DNA of 64,000 nucleotides from Octopus vulgaris (GCA_951406725.2 OX597821.1:56420001-56484000), one strand, 5' to 3'; shown: positions 39,601 to 54,159, counted from the stretch's first letter. The notes: generated by a model not told the origin, from the letters alone. A program made the numbers and translations.

Positions 39601-40756
39601 TGGAAGGGACAGCTGGCCCCGGCGGGACTTCAACAAAGAACTTAAAGAATCGGAAAACATTTCTTGCGCTTTAAATATTTTGCCGTTTTAGCAAATGGTA
39701 TTTTTGTTAAAAAACTTTAGCATCCCTAAAACTTCATAATTTGATGAATAAAAACGAGGTAACTCCAGTAGGTTTTGAACGGAGGACATGGATAAGCGAT
39801 ACCTTTTATTCAAATACATCATTTATATACACAGAAGCAGAGTAACTGGTTTCGTTGAGACGTCATAGCCTACGTCATATTTGAGCAGCGCGTCAATGTA
39901 TATAAATTTACTCAAATACTGTTTTACAGACGCACGAACACACCTACACACATAACGCGCGTGCGTGTAGTAACACACGCACTTACACACGTACGTACAC
40001 ACACAATCACGTAATCAGTTGTGAAGATGATCTCTAAACTTTAATAGATCTAGGAAAAATGTTGTTCCGAAGATCATATTGCTCTAAGGCAACTATGTTT
40101 AAATTCGAACATAGTTGTTAAAATGAACTCTGACTGATACGCACCCGCATGCACAAACACACGCACACACACACACTCCTACACACACACACGTATAATG
40201 TTTGTAGGTGTCTTTAAATGCACATAGAAAGAAATTCTTTTAAATATGTTGCATTAAAGAAAAAAACATTCGAGTTTAAACTCTTCACCTTCTTTTGTTA
40301 AATCTATTTTTTAGGACAACAGCTTTCGTAAGTCAACTTACTTTAAATATATTCTCGACCTAACCTTCTAAATATATTATATATGTGTATGCGTTATGTG
40401 TGCTACTTTGTTTGTGCATATGTAAAAGAATATTCCGTTAACTGTATATACACTGCCGTGAGGTTTAATTATGACGTAAATTATGACGTTTCCACGGAGC
40501 CTATTCTGTTGTTTTTGCGTATGAATAAGGATGCATTTGCAGAAAATGTATCGTCAATTTGCGTTCTCGGTTCACAGACCTATCTGGAGATTACAGACTT
40601 TAACAAACACGAATGTCGTCATCTTTAACACGACCGTAAAGACGGTTCCACAGTACATGGAGAGTCAAAAATTTCTTAAGTGAGAAGCTCCAAACGATTT
40701 TGATAAGATGTTTGTGGATCATCTTTCGCGTTAGATGGAGAGAGAGAGAGAGTGAT

Positions 40757-40789
<33 letters not shown>

Positions 40790-40959
40790 GAGAGAGTGAT
40801 AGCGAGAGAGAGTGATAGAGAGAGAGAGAGAGAGTGATAGAGGGAGAGAGTGATAGAGAGAGAGAGAGTGATAGCGAGAGAGAGTGATAGAGAGAGAGAG
40901 AGATAGGCAGACAGACAAACAGACAGACAGAGACAGACAGACAGAGACTCACAAATAAA

Positions 40960-41250
40960 GGCTTGATGGAACAGGCAACCCAGCAACTTGTCGAAACCCA
41001 GAAGAAGTGAAGGAAATGCAGTAGACTGTGGAAACACCTTACGGGAAGCTGTTTCCGACATTACAAGGCAAACTCTCCAATGGATATTCCGAGGGAGAGT
41101 GAAGTGCAGCAGACCAAAAGCAATATCGAGAAGGTCCACAGAGACTGAAGCACTGCCAGGCGACTGCACGAGGAGAAAACTACAATCCATTACTGAAGAA
41201 CAAAGACAGATGAAAAGCTTTTCTATGCTCTAATTGGAGTCATGACAATA
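40960..41250 (+). mobile_element. RTE LINE 3' remnant (duplicated at ~44282-44570)
   Basis: 'GNTLR..DITRQTLQW.FRGRVKCSRPK..SRR' resembles the RTE C-terminal motif GH.LR...W...G.R.RGRP...W. Confidence 0.65.
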
Positions 41251-41255
41251 GTTGA

Positions 41256-41356
<101 letters not shown>

Positions 41357-41453
41357 GGAGTAAACACATAAATGTGAAACAAGGTGGAAAAAAGAGTACT
41401 CAAATACCAGCGGTAGAGTAATATGCTTTATTTAAAGCAGCAGAAAATTCAAC

Positions 41454-41500
41454 AAAATCTGTTACTCTGAGTTTCTCGTTGCCGTTCATCAGACAGTTTT
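41454..41500 (-). ncRNA. Type I hammerhead ribozyme motif
   Basis: Minus strand: AAAACTGT-CTGATGA-ACG GCAA CGA-GAAA-CTCAGAG-TA-ACAGATTTT. Confidence 0.7.
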
Positions 41501-44072
41501 TGCTAGAATGGAACCGATATATCAATTCAATCTAGACTCTTACAAACGCTACACCTTTAAAAAAAAAATATGGATGTATGTATATCAAAAAGGATCAAAT
41601 AACATTCTCGGACCTTAAGCTAAAAAGGCCGGTCTTCCGGATGCTGTAGTGTATATATTTTCACTCTGCTATAAATGACACCGGTCCGTTGCAGAATTAT
41701 TCATTTTTACCGGTTGAGTGAACTGGTGCGACGTGATATGAAGTGTTTTGCGGAAGAACACTACGCATCCATGAATCAAAAGCATCATCCTACGACTATG
41801 ATAGGAATACAGTGCCAATTAACCCACGCACTTCCACATGTATGTATGTATCTGTGTATGTGTGTGTGTGCGTGAGTGTGTAAGTGTATATGCGTAGGTA
41901 TGCGCGTGTGCATGTGTGAGTGTGTGTTCGCGCGCGTGTGCGTATATATATATATATATATATATATATGAAGAAAGAGGTAGACAGAAAGGTGGAGAGA
42001 AATAGCGAAATATAACGAATGTGTGCATACACTCACACGCAATCAAACACATAGACACGCATTTTAGAAATAAATTATCTTTAGCAGTATACGACAAACA
42101 CATTATATAAAATACAGTACTCACAAGACACAATATGCAAATCAGCAATGAAATCGAAATTTCCCACTTTGAACATAACCCTTAATGTTGTAACATCACG
42201 TCAACATATGTTACATGGGTTACGTTTTTATATGTACTTGTATGCTATTATTTATCGATGAGATGTATGTGTAATGACGGTGCTAATATGCTAACGATGT
42301 ATTGTATCGATTTGATTTGACTCGAAAAAATACCTACTTTCTATCAAGTGATGGTGTAATCGATTGAGTGTTAGATTGTACGTTATGAGTATAATGCCGA
42401 TTAACTTTTTATCAAACATATAGACATGATGGGTGCTAAATGATACAAACAATACAATCTGATTTATTCTTCACTAATAAACTATATGAAATCTGTCCGA
42501 CACACTATAAATTATTCGAATATGTTCTTCTAACTCCTGAGTTCAAATCTCGTTAATTGGTCTCGTGATGAGCTAAGATTAGAGGTTTACAAAGCATAGT
42601 TTCCTGTACCGTTCCTTGGTTTTCAAACACTATAGGTGGCAATAATTTATTTTGTCATTCCTGACCGATATAAATCAACAACATATAAATGAAATAAAAA
42701 AAAGAGCACACACGATATTTATCGTAGTCGCAGTCGAGCTCGTATGTGACAAATACGCAATCGAAGCGTGATTTTCTTGATGATAACTGTCCCTAATTTA
42801 GACAAGAAGATAGCAATTTTGAGGGTGGAGGTTAGTCGATACCATCGATCTTGTTAGGCGATAACGTTTACGTTGGTACTTGATGGGTACCTTATTTTAT
42901 CGATTTCGGAAGTATGGAAGGGACAGCTGGCCCCGGCGGGACTTCAACAAAGAACTTAAAGAATCGGAAAACATTTCTTGCGCTTTAAATATTTTGCCGT
43001 TTTAGCAAATGGTATTTTTGTTAAAAAACTTTAGCATCCCTAAAACTTCATAATTTGATGAATAAAAACGAGGTAACTCCAGTAGGTTTTGAACGGAGGA
43101 CATGGATAAGCGATACCTTTTATTCAAATACATCATTTATATACACAGAAGCAGAGTAACTGGTTTCGTTGAGACGTCATAGCCTACGTCATATTTGAGC
43201 AGCGCGTCAATGTATATAAATTTACTCAAATACTGTTTTACAGACGCACGAACACACCTACACACATAACGCGCGTGCGTGTAGTAACACACGCACTTAC
43301 ACACGTACGTACACACACAATCACGTAATCAGTTGTGAAGATGATCTCTAAACTTTAATAGATCTAGGAAAAATGTTGTTCCGAAGATCATATTGCTCTA
43401 AGGCAACTATGTTTAAATTCGAACATAGTTGTTAAAATGAACTCTGACTGATACGCACCCGCATGCACAAACACACGCACACACACACACTCCTACACAC
43501 ACACACGTATAATGTTTGTAGGTGTCTTTAAATGCACATAGAAAGAAATTCTTTTAAATATGTTGCATTAAAGAAAAAAACATTCGAGTTTAAACTCTTC
43601 ACCTTCTTTTGTTAAATCTATTTTTTAGGACAACAGCTTTCGTAAGTCAACTTACTTTAAATATATTCTCGACCTAACCTTCTAAATATATTATATATGT
43701 GTATGCGTTATGTGTGCTACTTTGTTTGTGCATATGTAAAAGAATATTCCGTTAACTGTATATACACTGCCGTGAGGTTTAATTATGACGTAAATTATGA
43801 CGTTTCCACGGAGCCTATTCTGTTGTTTTTGCGTATGAATAAGGATGCATTTGCAGAAAATGTATCGTCAATTTGCGTTCTCGGTTCACAGACCTATCTG
43901 GAGATTACAGACTTTAACAAACACGAATGTCGTCATCTTTAACACGACCGTAAAGACGGTTCCACAGTACATGGAGAGTCAAAAATTTCTTAAGTGAGAA
44001 GCTCCAAACGATTTTGATAAGATGTTTGTGGATCATCTTTCGCGTTAGATGGAGAGAGAGAGAGAGAGTGAT

Positions 44073-44127
<55 letters not shown>

Positions 44128-44578
44128 TAGCGAGAGAGAGTGATAGAGAGAGAGAGAGAGTGATAGAGGGAGAGAGTGATAGAGAGAGAGAGTGATAGCG
44201 AGAGAGAGTGATAGAGAGAGAGAGAGAGGCAGACAGACAAACAGACAGACAGAGACAGACAGACAGAGACTCACAAATAAAGGCTTGATGGAACAGGCAA
44301 CCCAGCAACTTGTCGAAACCCAGAAGAAGTGAAGGAAATGCAGTAGACTGTGGAAACACCTTACGGGAAGCTGTTTCCGACATTACAAGGCAAACTCTCC
44401 AATGGATATTCCGAGGGAGAGTGAAGTGCAGCAGACCAAAAGCAATATCGAGAAGGTCCACAGAGACTGAAAGCACTGCCAGACGACTGCACGAGGAGAA
44501 AACTACAATCCATTACTGAAGAACAAAGACAGATGAAAAGCTTTTCTATACTCTAATTGGAGTCATGACAATAGTTGA

Positions 44579-44675
<97 letters not shown>

Positions 44676-44771
44676 GGAGTAAACACATAAATGTGAAACA
44701 AGGTGGAAAAAGAGTACTCAAATACCAGCGGTAGAGTAATATGCTTTATTTAAAGCAGCAGAAAATTCAAC

Positions 44772-44818
44772 AAAATCTGTTACTCTGAGTTTCTCGTTGC
44801 CGTTCATCAGACAGTTTT
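44772..44818 (-). ncRNA. Type I hammerhead ribozyme motif (duplicate of 41454-41500)
   Basis: Identical sequence inside the tandem duplication. Confidence 0.7.
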
Positions 44819-45259
44819 TGCTAGAATGGAACCGATATATCAATTCAATCTAGACTCTTACAAACGCTACACCTTTAAAAAAAAAATATGGATGTATGTA
44901 TATCAAAAAGGATCAAATAACATTCTCGGACCTTAAGCTAAAAAGGCCGGTCTTCCGGATGCTGTAGTGTATATATTTTCACTCTGCTATAAATGACACC
45001 GGTCCGTTGCAGAATTATTCATTTTTACCGGTTGAGTGAACTGGTGCGACGTGATATGAAGTGTTTTGCGGAAGAACACTACGCATCCATGAATCAAAAG
45101 CATCATCCTACGACTATGATAGGAATACAGTGCCAATTAACCCACGCACTTCCACATGTATGTATGTATCTGTGTATATGTGTGTGTGCGTGAGTGTGTA
45201 AGTGTATATGCGTAGGTATGCGCGTGTGCATGTGTGAGTGTGTGTGCGCGCGCGTGTGA

Positions 45260-45302
<43 letters not shown>

Positions 45303-46177
45303 GAAAGAGGTAGACAGAAAGGTGGAGAGAAATAGCGAAATATAACGAATGTGTGCATACACTCACACGCAATCAAACACATAGACACGCATTTTAGAAA
45401 TAAATTATCTTTAGCAGTATACGACAAACACATTATATAAAATACAGTACTCACAAGACACAATATGCAAATCAGCAATGAAATCGAAATTTCCCACTTT
45501 GAACATAACCCTTAATGTTGTAACATCACGTCAACATATGTTACATGGGTTACGTTTTTATATGTACTTGTATGCTATTATTTATCGATGAGATGTATGT
45601 GTAATGACGGTGCTAATATGCTAACGATGTATTGTATCGATTTGATTTGACTCGAAAAAATACCTACTTTCTATCAAGTGATGGTGTAATCGATTGAGTG
45701 TTAGATTGTACGTTATGAGTATAATGCCGATTAACTTTTTATCAAACATATAGACATGATGGGTGCTAAATGATACAAACAATACAAACTGATTTATTCT
45801 TCACTAATAAACTATATGTTTTTAGACGTGTGAAACTTAGTTTTCCGGATGAATACGTTTTCATATAATTAATGCCTCTAAAACAATAGAGATACAAATA
45901 TAAAGCGACAGCATCATTTCGTTTATTGATTTATATATTGAACTTATGGTAATTAATTCAGACACCTGGTTCTCAAATAGAAATCCAATCGGCTGAGCCA
46001 TTACTCACTAAAGTTTCTTGGCATGTAGATGCACGTAGGGCAGAGTTTGGGATCTTTATCCATTGCATTTCTGCAAAAAGCATTTGAATGTTGTTACAGA
46101 GTTTGTTGATAAAAGGAGATTAGTCTAAAATTATTACAAAGGATATTAAAGGACCCATTCAACAAAGTTATCAGCAA

Positions 46178-47773
46178 TCTCTCTATATATAAAACTGAGA
46201 ATGTGTGTCTGTCTGTGTGTTTCCCTAAAACTTGAGAACTACACAACCAATTTCATTCAAATTTTACACATGCCTTACTTAGGGTCCGGAGAGTGTCATC
46301 GGCAAAAAAAAATGTCCAACTTCTTGCCTAGGGCGAGCCCATAGCAATATCATATATTCTCCACTATTTCAGTATTACATGTTAAAAGTGAAACAAAAAC
46401 ATTTCTCTATTTTATGTCAGATACTTTCACTTCAACAATTGAATTATATGTAGTAAGCAATAATTAAAATCAAACTAAAGTATAATATGATAATTAAATC
46501 GTAATATAACAATTAAAAGTAAAAATAGCAATTGGTATAAAATTGCATCAATGACTTGAACTTGAGTAAGTGGTTTCACATGAATGGGAATAAATAAAAA
46601 ATAAAATTAACGCGCAGAAATGGAATAGTCCAGATGGAGCTGTGCACATTCCCTTTACCATGGCTTTTATATTAGATTATCTGCTAATTAGCTAGTATTG
46701 AATATCTATATGAAGTTTAGCTGTATGTAAGGTCTGTTTTCTCAAACAGCCGATTCTACTGAGTACTGCTGTTGGTTTATTTCTTATACATAAAGGACTA
46801 TAGCTTCAACTGCGTACTGCTTTTTGAATCACCGTAAGGTTTGTTGTTATTATTATTACTGTTTAACTATTGTTATCACGTTTGTTGGTTCCTCGTAAGG
46901 GAAACGTTGTTGTGTTGCATTTGTTAAATAATTATAAACCGTACCCCCCCCCCCTTTGGGAGAAGGAGCTTGGTTATTGTTTAAAAATTGAATTGTGTCC
47001 CTGTTTGGGGAAATTGACAATATTTTCACCGTTTATACGGAAGCATTTTTGTTAAAATGCCCTCGATAGAAAATAGTCCAAAAATGAATTTCGCTGCAGC
47101 CGTCGGCGGGCGCAAACTCATTAAAATTAAAATGGAAGAAATACAAATCTATTTCGGATTGATCACCGACAAAGACGGTGAATCTAGTATAACACCACGA
47201 AGCGAAATAAAAAATTAAATTAAAGAAAATACTATTGTCTATAAAGTATACAATGTAGAGAGAAAAAAAAATTGAACACCTGGAGAAAAGCACCATCGAA
47301 AAGCGTCTTGGTGCGACTATGAAAGATATCAAATATCTAACCAGAGGCGGTAAATTCGCTACAATAGAAGCAAGGTTAGAGTCAACGGATTGTGCAAGGG
47401 AGTACTCGACTCGAACCTTGCAAAGTGGAAATATTTTATTTTTACCTTTTTATCTGGGACGTAGGACGTCCCGGATAAAAATTTAAAACGCCCCCCACCC
47501 CAGAAGTAGAGGTAGGCTGAATTGTAGCCACACTTCTATACAAGAGGGAGGACAATATACAATTGATCGAAATTGCAAGAGACGGGCCTACAATTCCAGT
47601 CTGTTATATATTTTGAGTATTGTTATCACTAGCGATATCAAGATATAACATTGTATTTTGTATTTTATGTGTAGATGTATATATATAGATGTACATGTAA
47701 TATGTACACATATATATACACATATATAACTGCACTAGCACTATGACCCGGCAACGCCGGGTCATAATGCTAG
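46178..47773 (+). mobile_element. Non-autonomous Helitron (~1.6 kb)
   Basis: 5' A|TCTCTCTATATATAAAACTGAG; 3' hairpin TATGACCCGGC-AAC-GCCGGGTCATA followed by CTAG|T; A/T insertion site with no TSD. Confidence 0.85.
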
Positions 47774-47847
47774 TTAAAGATAATTTTAAACATATGTATG
47801 TAAGTATGCGTGATTGTATATATATATACACACACACAGACACACAG

Positions 47848-47896
<49 letters not shown>

Positions 47897-49077
47897 AATA
47901 CATGCATTCACACACACGCACGCACACACGCACGCACACACACACACTCACACACTCATATATATGGGGTTAATTGAAATGGCACATGGAAATGATGAAC
48001 GAACGGAAAAGGTAAAATAAAATGTGGAAACCCCTCATCAATCTTGAAGATCAGAGTCCATTCAATTGTGGCACATTTAAAGTCCAATGGCTTTAAATTC
48101 CTTAGTTCTGCTCCTTTCTTATGTCACGATACAAAATAAGGGCATAAGAATTATTGTAAAAAAGCGTATTGACCAATACAAGTAATATAGTTCCATGGAC
48201 CGATGCAAGTTATATAGTTCCATAAAATACGCAAATTGCCTATTTACCACTTACATGCGCTGGATTGTGGACGAACTACTATGCGAATGTTATGCCTAGT
48301 CAAATATTGAATATAATGCTACTACAATGAGAATTATTGCTATTTTGTAAATAGAACGTGCTTGTAGTTAATGTTCTATTTCCTTTGTCCGGAGAAACTT
48401 TTGCATACCTGTTCTCGCTATGGATGCAAGTTTCGTGGACCATCTGTACATATCAATAGTGTTATGCATCCCAACACAGTGTTATTGTTGAAGAATGCTA
48501 ACGATGTTTTTCTGGAGGATTAGTAAGTATAAGTTTTGGTGCACATGTGCGCGAGGTGGATAATATTATTATTATAGTATTATTTACGTCTGCTTGTGTG
48601 GTTGTTGATGTAAAGGTTGTGATGATTGTCATTTACCGTATAATGGTTGTCCTAACTTCGCCTTGTCAATCTATATGGTAAATAATTATTAAATTACTCT
48701 CGTCTGAAAATCTAGTGTTTCAGAGGTAATTATACAAGCGTCTACATAATGTTTACCACATAACATATTACTACTTACTAGTGAAATACTTATAAATAAT
48801 CAAATAATTTATATCATAATAAAGAAGATAAGCTAATTCTTTCACATGTTTTATCTTGCTTTCGGACATACTCTCTGTAAGTTACGCAAATGGATATATA
48901 ATATTGTTGCAAAATACGGTCTCCTGACTCCAACAGCCAAGTCAGCAGCTAGGAAACTGCAGGCCAGTCCAGCAAGCTTAACTTACTTAGAGAGGTAGAA
49001 ATAGTCGTACCCGACTATTTGTCTTGTGTTATGTAGTTCTTCGTTGCTCGGGTTCACTTCAACTTATCACGTTGTAT

Positions 49078-49270
49078 CTTCACACCGACTATCTTCGTTG
49101 CCAAATTCACACGGACAGTTTTCTTAACCAACTTCACACTGACTGTCTTTTCACTGTTTTATTTACGCTGCCATGTTCACACTCCACATTCCTTACGTTG
49201 TCATCTTCACACTCCGCGTTCTTTACGTCACCGACTTCACATACAGCGTTCTTTATGTCACCAACTGATA
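49078..49270. repeat. Degenerate ~30-bp minisatellite
   Basis: About six units related to CTTCACACTCCGCGTTCTTTACGTCACCGA. Confidence 0.7.
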
Positions 49271-50810
49271 CTGCGCGCGTTTCATTACAAGTTCAAATCA
49301 TCCACCTCACAGAAAAGACGCACAAAACAAGGAAAAACATGCAGCACGATTCAAATTAGTCTCGTGATCGACAACGTTATTTCTTCTTCATGACAATACC
49401 AAAAGGAAATTCGGAGAAGTTAAATGTAATTAATACTCGAGTGAAATTTGAAAATAAACAGAGTTACATGGAGTTCTAAACATTGAGTAGATCGTGGAAA
49501 TTACCGAAATGTTAGTGAAGTTGCCTTTTAGCAGTTCAAATATGTCACAAACATATTTTGACTAACCTAAACATTGATAATGCCTAAACGCTGCTTGGTG
49601 CTAATATTTCAGTCATTTCCTCGACATGGTGGTCTACTGGCGCAAATCGGTCAATGTTGTTGACTGTAGTTTAAACTAAAGCTATCGCTTTAATAAGGTC
49701 TGTCCAGAGTTGCCTCTCTTAGGTATTTCCTATTGCTATGTTTCTACTCCATAGCAAGAAACATCGATGGGAATCATGGGACAGATATAATATTTTATCA
49801 CAAGAGAAAATTTTCTTCGCGTAACTGCAGTGAATTTGCCTTTTAGCAGTTGAAATATGTCACAAACATATTTTAAGTAGTCTAAACACTGCTTAGCGCA
49901 AATATTTTAGTTGCACACGTACACGCACATACATATATACACACACACACACAAATGAACCCACACATACATCCCATACACACGGCACACAATTATACAT
50001 ACACGCACACAATTATACATACATGTATACACACATACGCACATACAAGCACCCACGCACACATACACTAAGTAAAGCATAATTATTCGCCACACAACCA
50101 AACTCGCACACACACACGAACACACACATACATACACACACACACACTACAAACAAAACACACACACGATACATATACATACACGCACACACACACATAC
50201 TTCAAACTAGCATTACCTACTACTGACCTGGGGTAGGTACAACAGGAGCCACTCCCAATTCCTTCTTCCTTGACCTTAAACACTACTAAGCCCTACAACA
50301 CGAAAAGATTAACAGCCACAACCACACACACTTACACACACACACGCACACACACACACACGTTTTATCATTGCACACATACACATATACACACACACGC
50401 ACACGCAGACCTCCGCGCAGGCACATATCCCCACTTACACACACATACCTCTTCTTGCACTCTCCTGTCTTTGAAAGAACTTTTCTTCACCCATTTCCTT
50501 CCGGTCATTCAAAATGTGATCGCGTGTGTACCGTTGGCGATTTTTTTTCCTCTGTCTTCCCTTCTCCGGATCTTTCCTTCTCCTATGTTTCTGACGAAGA
50601 GCTTCTTTCCTGAGCGTCCAATAATACTATATTTGTTCCACGTCCTCGCGTTGTGTTTTTTTTGTGCTTTCTTGTTTGGATTAACTATATATATATCACG
50701 TGATCACGTGACCGACCAGTCCATCAGATGTAGTTACACATCGCTGGTCACAATGCGTTCGCATTGTTTTAGCCTTCGAATGACGCCACCCGTCTGGCTA
50801 AGCGAGCAGG

Positions 50811-50865
<55 letters not shown>

Positions 50866-50907
50866 CAATAATAATTCTCTAAAAGAGATATAGACAGTAA
50901 CTGCTCG

Positions 50908-51137
50908 ATAACATAAGGGACTAAAGCCATCTGAATATGGCTAGGGACAGGGCAGGGTGGTGGGGGTGTTACTGTTGCATTTAGCCCCAGTCGAACATCG
51001 ACGTCACCAGATAGGCCCGACACCGTCACGGTGTCCTTTAACCTGCAAAGGGAGGTAATTCCCCGATGAAGCGGAAACCACACACGGACCATGGTTTCAA
51101 GGTGTATTGCCTATTCAGATGGCTTTAGTCCCTTATG

Positions 51138-51141
<4 letters not shown>
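50908..51141. mobile_element. Element with perfect 30-bp inverted ends, related to 4616-4957
   Basis: ATAACATAAGGGACTAAAGCCATCTGAATA (50908-50937) has an exact inverse at 51112-51141; the element lies between (TA)n tracts. Confidence 0.8.
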
Positions 51142-51188
<47 letters not shown>

Positions 51189-51289
51189 GGGTGGCTTATT
51201 AGCAAATGGACTTACCGCCCCTTGTCGGTCATTAATTAATATAGTGCTTTACTTAATGGTAGTAGACCGGTATAATTTTGATGTAACAT

Positions 51290-52404
51290 TTATTATAACA
51301 AAAACATTTATCACTCAATATGATCGCCTTTTGAGAATACTGCTTTCACACGAGAAAGAATTTTTTTTACAGCTGCCACAACCCCCGCCTTTTTCATTTT
51401 GTGTTTCGCGCGCATGATGCTGGTTTTCAAACTGTTGAAACTCGAGTGTCGTGAAGCATTGGTCCTTCTTGAGAAGGTCGAGATCTGGAATGTTACTGGC
51501 CCAGATGTTGGCCCTCAAAAAATGACATTTTCTCACCAAAGAAGACCGGTATTGCTTCTGACCCATAGCATGGTGCAGAATCCTGGATGAGCCCCATGTT
51601 GTCAAGCCGAAACTCCTACTCCATCAAAGGTAGCAAAGAGTTCTTCAGGATGTTCAGATACTCCTTTGTACGGATTTTCAAGACAGACTCAATGAAGTGT
51701 GAATCTATAACACTTCCATCACTTAGCACCACTGCAAATACCATCACAGAGGTAGGATTCTTTGTCTCAAACACAGTTGGGCGGGATGCGATTCACGTTA
51801 GCGTCGACAGCAAACTTCTCGTTCACAAACACGTGAGTTTTTCTTGTACCTTGATGCTTGAAGAATGACGGAACTTTTGGGCATCTCTCAGCTCTGACTG
51901 CTTTGGCCTTGGCTGTGAAGAATTGACGGAGTCGTCGAATATAGCTAGTCATGCCAAGGTTCCTGTTCACAGCTCTGGATACCGTGGAAAGGGACACATT
52001 GCGTTTCTTTGCAAGAGTTGCCATGAGTGTAGATGGGTTGGTTCCAATCTTGTGTTTGAGGCCATCGAAAAACTTTGGAATGTGCTTGGAATCACTTCGA
52101 GTATTCTTTTGTATCAATCTTTCCCTCTTCTTTAAATTGTTTATATACACAATAAATTGTTGCTTTTGAAAGTTTCGTCGACTGAACAATTTTATTGGCA
52201 GCGTGCCCGGTGCGTGCCAAAGTAACAATGGCGGAATGATTCTGTTCTTCTATGACTTACTTTTGTCGAATGAATTCGCTATTTATCTAAAAGTTAAAGA
52301 AGGGGATTCGATTTTCAAGGAAGCAAAGTTTTGTGAAAAGATGAAATGTTAAATCCACTACGTCAACAACTTAAAATTGGTCTCAATTTATCAGCAAGAC
52401 CCTG
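51290..52404 (-). mobile_element. Decayed Tc1/mariner-superfamily transposase (maT/DD37D-like)
   Basis: HTH 'LAKKRNVSLSTVSRAV..LGMTSY', 'FVNEKF.VD', 'TKNPTSVMVF', 'QDSAPC' and 'IWASNIPDL'. TA-CAGGGT end at 52404. Confidence 0.8.
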
Positions 52405-54159
52405 TATAAATACATACATGTGTGTGTGTGAGTGTGTGTGTCTGTGTGTGTGTGTATGGTATCTTTTATAGGAATATTCATAGTTGAAATATAATCTGGT
52501 AGAGAAGCTTATACAATTGTATAAAATTCAATGTTCACTTGTTTGTATAATATTAATAAAAATATAGCCAGCTATTTGACTCGCCGGAGGTGGCCTTTCC
52601 ATCTATGACAGAATTGTTTTGCATTATATTATGAATTGAGTGGCGCGTTAATTGAAATATGAGCTGCATTTTAGGCTGGTAATGAGATTACCTTCTATCT
52701 TTGAATATTTTTGAACAATATACCTTCTATCAGATTGTTGTAAATAAAGCTTTCTATTTTTTGTATTGGAACGATTTGTATGTTTTCAGCCAGAAAGTTG
52801 TTGAATATTGGCTGCATTTTTCATGACAAATATTTTTAGCAACTAATTTTTTAGGGTTTTCATATAAATGTGTTCATATAATTTTGGTGTGTTTTCATAT
52901 AAATGAATCATTTATAATTATAACAGGTACAGTTCGCGCGTGCGCGTGTGTATCTGCGTCAGTGTGCACGCACGTATGCGTGTTGTGTTATGCCTGTACT
53001 GAATGCCTGACCGTGTTCGAGTTTAACGTCTTTTTATCATCTTCTAGTACGAGATTCTTGCTGCTCTTTTGATATCGTAAAGTTTCAGCATACACTAATC
53101 CGATATTATTTCTATTTATGATTTGCGTGTTAACGTTTCTGTGTTTATTATTTTATAATATTAATGTATTATGGCTATTGCTTTTATCATTGCTAATATT
53201 CTGTATGTTAAAGGGTCCTGTAGAGTATATCTGCACAACCAATATAGCAGTTGGAGTCTTGAAATTTACAACTTGCATGCTTGAATGATGTTTATAACTC
53301 ACATTGTGGATTATTGGCATGTTTTTTCCATGAGGAAAATGCTCGTTAAAAACAACCTTCATACATAGAGATAGATAGGTAGAGAAAAAGAGAGAGGGGA
53401 GAGAGAAAGGGAGGGAGAGAGAGAGGGGGGGGGAGAGAGAAAATAAAATAGATAAACCAAGTTAGGCTTCAAACATATTTACATGGAGCATAAAATGCGG
53501 TCTAAATAACAAAAAAAAAAAGACAGAAGAGGATTATGTAGTCTTATTTCGTCAGCTATTTCCAGTCTCACATATATCTATCTATCTGTTTATATCTATG
53601 TGTGTGACACATAGATATAAACAGATAGATAGCTATATGTATGCATACATACATATATACATACATACTTACTTGCATACATACATACATACATACATAC
53701 ACCCCAACAGTATCGGTAGCTCAACCTATACACCAACTCAATCATATATTTACAATCATTGGGAACTTAAATGAAACTCAAAAACAAAACATACTCTCAC
53801 GCACACACACACACACACACACAGATTTCGTTTTTGTATATAGATTGCAAGGCTCTTGATGTGAATGTTGAAATACATTTTATTGTGTTAGGAGAACCAC
53901 TACGTCAATAATAATAACAAACGCTCAGGTTCAATTCTACTTCATTATTACTAGTCAATCGACTAGGCATCTATCCAACTAATTAATCGATCATTTGTTT
54001 AACATGTTGGTTAAACAGTCAATCAGTTTGTTTGTCAAAGGTTTTCGTTGCCGCTTCAGAACTTTTCAGTGAATCGTGATCTCTTAACTTGCTTCCAAGG
54101 CTGCTTTCACCTGTCTGAGACCTAGTTCTATATCTGTGTGATTACGTATGGGCACTTAG

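Noticed and set aside
47033-47332. 99-aa ORF inside the Helitron as a captured gene
   Set aside because: Low-complexity, Phe-rich antisense translation of A-rich DNA with no recognisable motif.
49078-49270. CRISPR-like periodicity
   Set aside because: The units are adjacent and degenerate with no unique spacers; there are no cas genes and the context is eukaryotic.
50960-51065. HDV-like or twister ribozyme reading of the structured element
   Set aside because: The minus strand has GGCTAAATGCAA pairing with TTGCA, but there is no HDV P3/L3 (UCC..) element and the twister core residues could not be placed.
51061-51090. CCGATGA-AGCG-GAAA hammerhead look-alike
   Set aside because: The core is altered, stems II and III are missing, and the motif is absent from the related 4.6-kb copy.
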